From NCBI GenBank assembly GCA_963681965.1, contig OY820579.1:1792001-1856000 (forward strand): a DNA stretch of 64,000 nucleotides, given 5' to 3'. The DNA is from a bacterium. GTDB lineage: Bacteria; Electryoneota; JAOADG01. This document shows, one piece after another, positions 19,901 through 27,520 of this stretch. Below the pieces are notes generated by a model. That model was not told where the DNA came from and searched no databases. It saw only the letters and a program-made list of their open reading frames with translations. The position numbers and the translations under genes were made by a program. How positions within the stretch are numbered: position 1 is the stretch's first letter; each line of letters begins with the position of its first letter.

Positions 19901-20055
19901 TGTCGGCAGCACGCGGATTAGACCGGGTATCGGTGACCGAAAACGACAATACGACCGTATATGCGCCCCAGTGGCGATATTACTTCACAATTTTATTTGG
20001 ATTTACTCAACCGCCGACTGGAATACAACCAGCTCGTGCGATTGACCGGCAGTAA
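16969..20055 (+). CDS. Zincin peptidase + TolB/PD40 beta-propeller + Omp85-family beta-barrel fusion
   Basis: HEYTH (aa 127-131) plus WFAEG. PD40-like repeats (PRWSIDGKKIYF, PRFSPDGNKILY, WSKDGQWIYF). Omp85 signatures MRGY (aa 891) and FADVG (aa 938), last strand YYFTILFGF. Confidence 0.78.
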   Translation: MKRTTAYSILGISLLLLIGVAFAQVTPFNHAELLWRTIEGKHHIVHYHVGAERTAQMILDIADEVHQPLADLYKYEPDTKVNWVIYDTDDYANGATYFLNNRIVIWAPALDFEFRGTHNWLRNVVTHEYTHMIQLGAARKWSRQMPAIYGQYIGYEPETRPDVLYGFPNRIMSYPLSNTTVPHWFAEGTAQSMRRGMNYDYRDSHREMLLRSRALADNLLTMDEMGVFEKTSLGGELVYNQGFALVQYIIDRFGETALRTLSESLGSMSVWSFDAACRKTLGIPAQKLYDEWVRAMKETYRVRTETIRQHEVTGRLLEEDGFANLYPRWSIDGKKIYFTSNKEKDYFGGSSLVEMNLATGKKEKLVKTMAPFAVHPNGKGLIYSEQPLQKGQRRLDDLFFYDFAKKKSYRLTYAERAQQPDVSSDGKKIVAVTQSDGTMNLVVFELPDSIKADVKQKAQLKKRVLTSYVNGEQLSHPRFSPDGNKILYSFAREQNRDLFEFDLTTNTSTLLRASKWDDRDVAWSKDGQWIYFSSDSTGIWNIYRMRSDRTIIEPVTNVVGGALLGEPSPDGAKLAFCRYESTGYKLALLDKIEPVDRAYMQYQQNYAQSLPNVSIPDSMPPAKPVMKYKPAFEKTYILPRIAWDYGRFKPGFYVYTNDYLEKLNLFGGFAINGKKDYDLYLSTDYRQLPPTLFMDFYNIVRHDDKRFDDPLRIVGQSGHGDSAQPIYAQYGTKYKFTLLELDIGFRYNIDEKTVASLYGMFSRYSAALDFDDGSSSFGYTYFKGHSLVASLTQTAITRSVTDDINPSGGYQFGIRAQRSQHNYIQGFTINADKLTLQEVYSPYNYWQLEGSFNYYQKLWHKWVMSPSVKLGYIDRNVDPFMNLYAGGLFGMRGYSFYSLGGTRTTIAQLAQELPLWEPMGKRQYLGWVHPISVYANLFADVGSAWRGDVQHAKWVRDLGGELRFGSISVFSYPTAITLSAARGLDRVSVTENDNTTVYAPQWRYYFTILFGFTQPPTGIQPARAIDRQ

Positions 20056-20086
20056 CAAAACGACGCGTTAACAGGAGGTAGTAAGA

Positions 20087-21004
20087 ATGTGGTATAAATT
20101 AATCATTTTGGTTTTAGCGTTGTGTTCGATTTCCTTCGCGATACCGTACAAGGAAGCGGATAATTCCGATAATATGCAACCATTACCGAAGTCACTCAGT
20201 CAACTTCAGCATGAGCGCGAAATCAAACTGGTGGCAGCGATGGAAAGTGGTGCCCCAACCGATTCGACAACTGCTGCTCCGGTAAAAGGTCCGAATATGG
20301 GCAAAGCGATGTTGTTATCGGCGATCATGCCCGGAACCGGTCAACTCTACATCGGAAGCAAATGGAAAGGGTATACTTTCCTAGGAATCGAAGCCGCTGC
20401 TTGGACAATGGCAATCATGTACAATGTCAAAGGCAACCAAACAACGAAAGATTTTCAGAATTATGCCGAATCCCACTGGGGTGTAAACGAATCCTTATAT
20501 CGCCAAAAGGAATTCTATTACGCGACATTGAATAGTCTCCCCTCGCGAATTTCTTCGACACCTTATCAGGGAACCCGTGCCGATTGGGATTTATTGAGCT
20601 GGGATGACAAATCGAAATATTTACCATCGAACTTCACCCACGAACTGCCGTCATCGCATAATCAGCAATGGTACGAAATGATTGGTAAGTATTTGACGCA
20701 ATTCGGTCCCTTCTGGGATGACGCCGATACTTCGTCTTCGGCATACAGTGCGACCGGCGTTTGGTCAGGATCCAGTACAACTGCCAATAAATACGCCGAC
20801 AAACGATATGATGCGAACAAGCAATTGAAAGCCGGAAATACAATGTTCATGGTTGTAATGATCAATCACGTATTGTCCGCAACGGACGCTGTATTATCGG
20901 TTAAAGCGATGAACAATCGAACCGTCCAAACTGCCGTTCGATTGGAACAGCGAAGCTTCAACAATGAAGTAGTCACGATGCCAACACTTCATATTACGTT
21001 CTGA
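20087..21004 (+). CDS. Exported DUF5683-like protein
   Basis: Signal peptide, LLSAIMPGTGQLY motif, second hydrophobic helix with NHVLSATDA, terminal aromatic strand PTLHITF; strong GGAGG RBS. Confidence 0.65.
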   Translation: MWYKLIILVLALCSISFAIPYKEADNSDNMQPLPKSLSQLQHEREIKLVAAMESGAPTDSTTAAPVKGPNMGKAMLLSAIMPGTGQLYIGSKWKGYTFLGIEAAAWTMAIMYNVKGNQTTKDFQNYAESHWGVNESLYRQKEFYYATLNSLPSRISSTPYQGTRADWDLLSWDDKSKYLPSNFTHELPSSHNQQWYEMIGKYLTQFGPFWDDADTSSSAYSATGVWSGSSTTANKYADKRYDANKQLKAGNTMFMVVMINHVLSATDAVLSVKAMNNRTVQTAVRLEQRSFNNEVVTMPTLHITF

Positions 21005-21006
21005 CA

Positions 21007-21642
21007 ATGAAACGACTCTATCTGGTAATTTTTTCTGGATTGATTGCGCTGACGTCGTTTGCGCAACCGCTCCCGCGTCCGAAAGCACCTACCGGTTCAA
21101 CGGTATTTTTCAAGTCGCTGTTGTTACCGGGATGGGGGCAGATGTCGCAGGGAAGACCAAAAGAGGCTACAATTTTCCTGTCATCCGAAGCGATCCTAAT
21201 TGTTACTACATTTGGTTTGCAAACCTACGGTGATTGGCTCAAAAGCGACTATCGATCGGTAGCAGCGCTCTATGCCGGGATCCCGAATGGCGGTAATCGG
21301 AACCATACAATGTATGTCGATATGGGAAATTGGAATACCGTGGAAGAATTCAATGCTGCACGACAACGCGATCGCGAATATGATCGACAATATTTGAAAG
21401 CCGAGGATCAGTGGCGCTGGACGAATGATTCCGAACGAAGGCGTTTTAAAGCGCTTCGTTTGAAATCGGATAAAGTATTGGAATCGGTTAAATTCTCGAT
21501 CGGTGCGGTAGTCGTCAATCATTTTATTGCCGCAATTGAAGCATCAGCATTCGAACGTAAGAAAGTGAAAAACCCGTCGATCGGTGTCACGATGTCGGGA
21601 ACAACGAGCGAACCACAGGTTCGACTTCATGTGAATTGGTAA
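21007..21642 (+). CDS. Exported DUF5683-like protein (paralog of upstream gene)
   Basis: Signal peptide, KSLLLPGWGQ motif, NHFIAAIEA helix, terminal strand VRLHVNW. Confidence 0.65.
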   Translation: MKRLYLVIFSGLIALTSFAQPLPRPKAPTGSTVFFKSLLLPGWGQMSQGRPKEATIFLSSEAILIVTTFGLQTYGDWLKSDYRSVAALYAGIPNGGNRNHTMYVDMGNWNTVEEFNAARQRDREYDRQYLKAEDQWRWTNDSERRRFKALRLKSDKVLESVKFSIGAVVVNHFIAAIEASAFERKKVKNPSIGVTMSGTTSEPQVRLHVNW

Positions 21643-21657
21643 ACTTCTGTTACGCGG

Positions 21658-21694
21658 AAAACGGGCAACTCGTCTGAGTTCGCCCGTTTTTTTT
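21658..21694 (+). terminator. Rho-independent terminator closing the porU operon
   Basis: AAAACGGGC-AACTC-GTCT-GAGTT-C-GCCCGTTTTTTTT. Confidence 0.85.
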
Positions 21695-21715
21695 CGAAGA
21701 ACATATCAATCAGGA

Positions 21716-21744
21716 TTGACGGGAACAGTGAATTCGGTTACTTT
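21716..21744 (+). promoter_or_regulatory. Sigma-70-type promoter, probably producing a leaderless mRNA
   Basis: TTGACG, 17 nt, TACTTT. The ATG lies 5 nt after the -10 box and no SD sequence is present. Confidence 0.5.
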
Positions 21745-21749
21745 TTAGT

Positions 21750-22637
21750 ATGAAGAGACGAATCTTAATAACGGGTGCATCCGGATATCTTGGGGGGCAT
21801 CTAGTTCTCACTGCTCCACAGGATTGCGAGTGTTTCGCTATGTACCGGTCGGCTCGACCTGAAAGCGATTTTGGTGCTCATTGGATTCAGGGCGATTTAA
21901 TCGATGCTTCGCTTCCACATCAGCTAATCCGGGATATTCGACCCGATGCGATTATTCACAATGCCGCCTTATCGAAACCGGAAGAATGCGACGACAATCC
22001 CGATCTTGCCAATGAAATCAATATCGAAGCTACCGATCGTCTAGCTACTGTGTCCGATCAGACCAGTACCCGCTTTATATTTTTGTCTACCGATATGGTT
22101 TTCGATGGGAATCATCCCCCATATACCGAGTCATCCCTGCCAAACCCCATTCACCGCTATGGAATTACCAAAGTTACTGCTGAACGTCGAATTGCGAATA
22201 GATCGGATAAACATGCAATTGTACGTTCTTCCGTGATCTTCGGACCACAAGGGATCTTCAATTCCAATTTTGCCATGCATCTGATTGACCACTGGCAACT
22301 CGGCGAGCCGACCAATGTATTTGTCGACCAATTCCGAAATCACGTATCGGTGAAATGGTTGTGTCAAGCCTTGTATGAACTGACCGAATCCGCTTTCTCC
22401 GGGATCTTGCATCTTGGTGGCGGGGAATCGACGAGTCGAGCCGAATTTGCCCACTGTCTCGCGAAACGCTTGAATTATCCCGACCAATTGTTGACTGAAA
22501 CCTCTTTAGTTGGTAAGTTGCTTGCGCCTCGACCTCGAGATTTAACGTTCGATGTGCAATTAGCCAGATCGGTTTTGAAAACTTCACCGCTCACACTGGC
22601 GCAAGGTATTGCGTTGGAGTGGGCACAAATACTGTAA
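21750..22637 (+). CDS. RmlD-substrate-binding family SDR oxidoreductase (second copy)
   Basis: GASGYLG, LSTDMVFDG, YGITK, FVDQFRN. Confidence 0.85.
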   Translation: MKRRILITGASGYLGGHLVLTAPQDCECFAMYRSARPESDFGAHWIQGDLIDASLPHQLIRDIRPDAIIHNAALSKPEECDDNPDLANEINIEATDRLATVSDQTSTRFIFLSTDMVFDGNHPPYTESSLPNPIHRYGITKVTAERRIANRSDKHAIVRSSVIFGPQGIFNSNFAMHLIDHWQLGEPTNVFVDQFRNHVSVKWLCQALYELTESAFSGILHLGGGESTSRAEFAHCLAKRLNYPDQLLTETSLVGKLLAPRPRDLTFDVQLARSVLKTSPLTLAQGIALEWAQIL

Positions 22638-22641
22638 TGCC

Positions 22642-23301
22642 ATGACACCTATCGACTTATCAGCAACACAGCCCTATCTAGCGCTTGCCGGCAATATTGG
22701 CGTGGGAAAAACGACCATGACGACCCTACTGGCATCGAAATTGCGTTGGGATCCATGGTTCGAACCGGTCATCGACAATCCTTATCTCGACGACTTTTAC
22801 GCCGATATGCATCGCTGGAGTTTCCATCTCCAAATCTACTTTCTCTCGAAAAGATTCGAAGCGCAACGGCGCATCCTCGATAATTCGCGACCCTCTGTAC
22901 AGGATCGAACAATCTATGAAGATGTCGAGATCTTTGCTCGAACGCTACACAAACAGAAGTTTATGACTGATCGCGAATACGAAAACTACTCTTCGCTATT
23001 CTCTTGTATGATGGAGTATCTAAGACCACCGGATGCAATTGTATATCTACGCGCTCCGGTAGAGGTTTTGCTGGATCGAATTTCAAAACGCGGTCGCGAC
23101 TCCGAGAAGACTATTGCCAGATCATATTTGGAGGAATTGAATAACGCCTACGAAAGCTGGATCGAACGTTCAAAAGATCTAACTCAGGTGTTAATCTTCG
23201 ATACTGCCATTTTCGACAATGAAGGTGCAGATGCACTTTCAGATCGAATTATCAGTACGTTACGTGCAAGTCCACAATTATCATTCCTGCCATTTGCCTG
23301 A
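22642..23301 (+). CDS. Deoxynucleoside kinase
   Basis: P-loop AGNIGVGKTT, EPVIDNPYL, QIYFL, QDRTIYED, RISKRGR. Start re-called. Confidence 0.95.
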   Translation: MTPIDLSATQPYLALAGNIGVGKTTMTTLLASKLRWDPWFEPVIDNPYLDDFYADMHRWSFHLQIYFLSKRFEAQRRILDNSRPSVQDRTIYEDVEIFARTLHKQKFMTDREYENYSSLFSCMMEYLRPPDAIVYLRAPVEVLLDRISKRGRDSEKTIARSYLEELNNAYESWIERSKDLTQVLIFDTAIFDNEGADALSDRIISTLRASPQLSFLPFA

Positions 23302-23425
23302 TCATTCCCAATCAGGCTGAACTTTTTGTAATTTAGATCTAGGTGTTGCAGCACACGTGCGATTAGTCGTAATCGTCACGCTGTGCTGTGTTACTATTCA
23401 AAACAACATTAGGTGGTTATTTATT

Positions 23426-23860
23426 ATGTCACTACAATCGTTCAAAGTGCTGCAAATCGATCATCTTGGCGTTGCAGTAAAAGATTCTTCACCGATCTCG
23501 AACTTCATGTCGGTACTTGGGATTCCACAATGCGGCAATGAAATTGTGGCGGATCAGCGAGTAGCAACAACCATGTTCGACGCAAATTCCGTTCATGTCG
23601 AATTACTTGCCGCGACCGACGACCAATCGACCATCGCGAAATACATTGAGAAGCGCGGAGAAGGATTTCACCATATCGCTTTTCGCGTCGACAATCTCCA
23701 GAACGCACTGAGCGCATTGTCTGAAGCAGGGGTTCAGTTAATCGACCAAACACCGCGCAAGGGAGCAGGGGGCAAACTGATCGCGTTTCTACACCCAAAA
23801 TCCACCGGTGGCATTTTGGTCGAGCTTTCGCAAATCGATCCCGAAATGGATCATCGATAA
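23426..23860 (+). CDS. mce: Methylmalonyl-CoA epimerase
   Basis: IDHLGVAV, VELL, IAKYIEKRGEGFHHIAF, GAGGKLIAFLHPKSTGGILVEL. Confidence 0.93.
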   Translation: MSLQSFKVLQIDHLGVAVKDSSPISNFMSVLGIPQCGNEIVADQRVATTMFDANSVHVELLAATDDQSTIAKYIEKRGEGFHHIAFRVDNLQNALSALSEAGVQLIDQTPRKGAGGKLIAFLHPKSTGGILVELSQIDPEMDHR

Positions 23861-23881
23861 GTCGAGATACTGGAGAACGAA

Positions 23882-25075
23882 ATGAGCAACTACATCGATC
23901 CGAATTGGAAGATGTCAACGTTAGTATGTCACGGTGCCGGTGGATCCGATCCCGCTACTGGTGCTCACTGCAAACCGATTTATCAAACATCGACTTTTGC
24001 CTTCCGCGATGCCGATCACGGCGAAAATTTATTTACTGGAAAAGAAAAAGGTTTTATCTACAGTCGTTTGGGCAATCCGACGATCGAAGGACTGGAACAC
24101 GAAATTACCTGCCTCGAGAGTGGTGTTGCCGGATTGGCGTTTGGTAGTGGCATGGCTGCAGTCAGTGCCGTGATTCTTGGTATCTGTGGAGCTGGTGAAA
24201 ACTATATCACTACTGTGCCGATTTATGGTGGAACGCATACTCTCGGTCAATCCATACTACCTCGATTCAATATCGAAAATCGGGAAGTGAATTGCTCCGA
24301 TTTGGCAGCATTGGAAGCCGCGATTGACGAAAACACCCGGTTGATCATGATTGAAACACCGGCGAATCCGACGATTCGCTTGGTCGATATCGAAGAGTGT
24401 GTGAAAATTGCCCGTCGACACAATGTTGTATTGGCAATCGACAATACATTCGCAACCCCCTATCTCCAAAATCCATTGAAAATGGGCGCCGATATCGTAT
24501 TGCATTCGGCAACAAAATATATCAGCGGTCACGGCGATACGGTAGCCGGGCTAGTTGTCTGTTCGACCGAAGAACTGAAATTAAAAATTCAACCCATTCA
24601 GCACGATATCGGTGGTGTTATCTCGCCGTTCAACGCGTTCCTGTTGTTACGCGGATTGAAAACTCTGGCTGTGCGGATGGATCGACACTGTATGAATGCG
24701 TTGAAAGTAGCACAATATCTATCTTTCCATCCGAAAGTAGCTGAGGTATGGTATCCCGGCTTATCAACACACCCCGATCATGAATTGGCTAAAAAACAGA
24801 TGCGCGATTTCGGAGGTATGGTTTCATTTATTCTAAAAGGTGGTAGATCTGCTGGCAAAACGGTATTGAATAACGTTAAACTGGCGGTAAATGCTGTTTC
24901 ACTCGGCGATACCGATACTTTGATCGTTCATCCGGCAACGACTACTCATAGTAGTTACTCGCCTGAAGCACTGAAACTTGCCGGTATGGATGAAGGATTA
25001 GTTCGACTTTCGGTTGGTATCGAAGATTATCACGATATAATCGACGACTTGTCTCAAGCGCTAAAACAAGTCTAG
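23882..25075 (+). CDS. Cys/Met metabolism PLP enzyme, methionine gamma-lyase-like
   Basis: PIYQTSTF, YSRLGNPT, ETPANPT, DNTFATP, HSATKY (PLP Lys), AVSLGD...HPATTTHSSY. It has YGGT rather than the canonical MGL YGCT. Confidence 0.85.
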   Translation: MSNYIDPNWKMSTLVCHGAGGSDPATGAHCKPIYQTSTFAFRDADHGENLFTGKEKGFIYSRLGNPTIEGLEHEITCLESGVAGLAFGSGMAAVSAVILGICGAGENYITTVPIYGGTHTLGQSILPRFNIENREVNCSDLAALEAAIDENTRLIMIETPANPTIRLVDIEECVKIARRHNVVLAIDNTFATPYLQNPLKMGADIVLHSATKYISGHGDTVAGLVVCSTEELKLKIQPIQHDIGGVISPFNAFLLLRGLKTLAVRMDRHCMNALKVAQYLSFHPKVAEVWYPGLSTHPDHELAKKQMRDFGGMVSFILKGGRSAGKTVLNNVKLAVNAVSLGDTDTLIVHPATTTHSSYSPEALKLAGMDEGLVRLSVGIEDYHDIIDDLSQALKQV

Positions 25076-25086
25076 TGGAGTAAGAT

Positions 25087-25548
25087 ATGATTCCTCTCGA
25101 AGAAATATTGAAAGCTTCCGGACTGACCCGGTCGATGAAGGATGAGTTTGTCGCAACTTTAATTGAGTTCACTGAACTTCAACACTTTGCGAAAGACCAA
25201 ACCGTTATTCACGAAGACAGTCGAGACCGGGATATGTTTATCCTAGTGGAGGGAAAGGTTTCGATTAACCTTTTCGTTCCCGGAACGCTGGATCGAATGG
25301 AATCGATTGTCACACTTCGTGCCTATCAAGTGTTCGGAGAATTTTCGTTAATTGATGGTGCCCCGCGCTCGGCAGCCGTTAAAGCGGATACCGATATCGT
25401 GGTATATCGACTGAGTGCTGAGAAGCTACTGCATTATTGCGAAACGAATTGCGAATTCGGATACCGCTTGATGCAGAATCTGGCAGCAATTCTCGCAGCG
25501 CGAATCCGCGATACGACGTTATTGGTTCGCAACAATATTATTTGGTGA
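25087..25548 (+). CDS. Stand-alone cyclic nucleotide-binding (Crp-like, no HTH) protein
   Basis: MFILVEGKV, FGEFSLIDGAPRSAAVKA. Confidence 0.9.
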   Translation: MIPLEEILKASGLTRSMKDEFVATLIEFTELQHFAKDQTVIHEDSRDRDMFILVEGKVSINLFVPGTLDRMESIVTLRAYQVFGEFSLIDGAPRSAAVKADTDIVVYRLSAEKLLHYCETNCEFGYRLMQNLAAILAARIRDTTLLVRNNIIW

Positions 25549-25555
25549 TGTAATT

Positions 25556-27520
25556 ATGGCTACTAGAAAACGGGCAGGGGGGGATTCTCCTGCCCGTTCT
25601 CAGTCTATTTCCGAATTAGCGGTTCCACTGGAAGATAAGTTGGAATCGCTGCCGATGCGTCCGGGGTGCTATCTATTCAAAGATAGTAAAGGCAAAGTTA
25701 TTTATGTCGGCAAAGCGAAATTGCTCCGCAATCGTGTTCGCAGTTATTTTTCCGGTCGTAGCGATGGGAGAGCACAATTTCACCGTCTAGTGAATGCAAT
25801 TCGCGATCTTGAGATCATTATCGTCGATAGTGAAATTGAAGCATTAATTCTCGAAAACAATCTGATCAAATTTCATAAACCCCGTTACAACATCGATCTC
25901 CGCGACGATCGCGGTTATCCCTTCTTGAAAATAACCAATGAACCTTTTCCACGTATCTTTCTTCAGCGAACACCCGGGAACGACGATGCTAAATATCTAG
26001 GTCCATTTATGGAAGTTACGGCATTGCGGAGTCTGGTAAGAGAGTTGAAGAAGACCTTTCGGATTCGAACGTGTGAGTTGATAATTAACTCCGATTCGAT
26101 TGCCAAAAAGAAACACAAAATCTGCTTACAATATCACCTGAAACTCTGCGATGGACCCTGCGAAGGACTGACTACGGAAACCGAGTATCAAGCGAATGTG
26201 AAATCGATGATCGATTTACTCAATGGTCGGACAACCGGTTTCGAACGGAAATGGCAGAATCGCATGACTGAATTAGCTGCAGCCAAACGATTTGAGGAAG
26301 CAGCGTTGTTCCGAGATCAATTGCGCGCGATTCAACACATGGCATCCCGCCAACGGGTATTGTCAGTCGATCCCTATGATCGCGATGCCGTCGGAATTTA
26401 TCGCATTGACGATGAAGCTTGTGTCGTACTATTGCGAATTCGAAACGGGAAAATGGTCGGTCGATTGCACTATTTCCTGACACAAATCGATCCCGATCAC
26501 ACCGAGCCGGAATTGGTGTCGGCATTTCTATTTCGACACTATTCCACCGCCGACATCCCGCCAGAGATTTTTGTGCAAAGCGAATCGGAAGAGTGGGATA
26601 CGATTGCAATCGCACTCAAAAAGCTTCGCGGAAGCAACTGCAAGATCGAAGTACCCAAAATCGGCGATAAAGCGGGACAGGTCCGATTGGCAATTGCCAA
26701 TGCCGAATTGTTGCTCGGTCAGAATATGCTCTCAAAACAGAAACGCGATTTCATTCCGCAAAGTATGAAGGGACTACAGGAGTTGCTGGGTCTGGAAAAA
26801 GCACCGACTCGGATAGAGTGTTTCGATATCTCGCACTTAGCCGGAACCGGTACAGTAGCGTCTATGGTCTGTTTTGTCAATTCGAAACCGGCTCGCTCGG
26901 AATATCGTAAATTTGTCGTAAAGACCGTCACCGGGATCGATGATTTCGCCTCGATGAAAGAAGTAGTCGGTCGACGTTACAAGCGGCTTATATCGGAAGA
27001 AAAATCGCTGCCGGATGTAATATTGATTGACGGTGGTAAAGGTCAACTCTCAGCCGCTCGCGAAGCACTTGCCGAAGTCGGTATTCCCGATCACCCGATA
27101 CTAGGATTGGCAAAGCGTGTCGAAGAACTATTTTTGCCGCAAGAAACTGAATCGCGGATCCTTCCCAGAACCTCAAGCGTTCTTAGAGTGTTGCAACAGA
27201 TTCGCGACGAAGCGCACCGCTTTGCCGTGACATTTCAGCAACAACGCCGCAATCTTTCGCTCAAATCCCAACTGGAAGAGATCCCAGGGATTGGTGAGGC
27301 ACGACGTCAACTATTGATGAAACGATTTGGAAGCGTTGCAGCGATGAAGAAAGCATCGATCGAAGAAATTGCCGAAATCGGTGCAATCGGTTCCAAATTG
27401 GCTAATAAAATTCTGGTCTATCTGAATGCGAATGGACAAACGAATGAACTCAATCAATCTGGAAACGATGAAATATCGAAACCGATTGGTTCGAATGGAG
27501 ACAATGATGGTGAAGAGTAA
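25556..27520 (+). CDS. uvrC: Excinuclease ABC subunit C
   Basis: GIY-YIG PGCYLF...YVGKAK, UVR motif, IECFDISH, DDFASM, IDGGKGQL, RDEAHRFA, HhH IPGIG. Confidence 0.98.
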   Translation: MATRKRAGGDSPARSQSISELAVPLEDKLESLPMRPGCYLFKDSKGKVIYVGKAKLLRNRVRSYFSGRSDGRAQFHRLVNAIRDLEIIIVDSEIEALILENNLIKFHKPRYNIDLRDDRGYPFLKITNEPFPRIFLQRTPGNDDAKYLGPFMEVTALRSLVRELKKTFRIRTCELIINSDSIAKKKHKICLQYHLKLCDGPCEGLTTETEYQANVKSMIDLLNGRTTGFERKWQNRMTELAAAKRFEEAALFRDQLRAIQHMASRQRVLSVDPYDRDAVGIYRIDDEACVVLLRIRNGKMVGRLHYFLTQIDPDHTEPELVSAFLFRHYSTADIPPEIFVQSESEEWDTIAIALKKLRGSNCKIEVPKIGDKAGQVRLAIANAELLLGQNMLSKQKRDFIPQSMKGLQELLGLEKAPTRIECFDISHLAGTGTVASMVCFVNSKPARSEYRKFVVKTVTGIDDFASMKEVVGRRYKRLISEEKSLPDVILIDGGKGQLSAAREALAEVGIPDHPILGLAKRVEELFLPQETESRILPRTSSVLRVLQQIRDEAHRFAVTFQQQRRNLSLKSQLEEIPGIGEARRQLLMKRFGSVAAMKKASIEEIAEIGAIGSKLANKILVYLNANGQTNELNQSGNDEISKPIGSNGDNDGEE

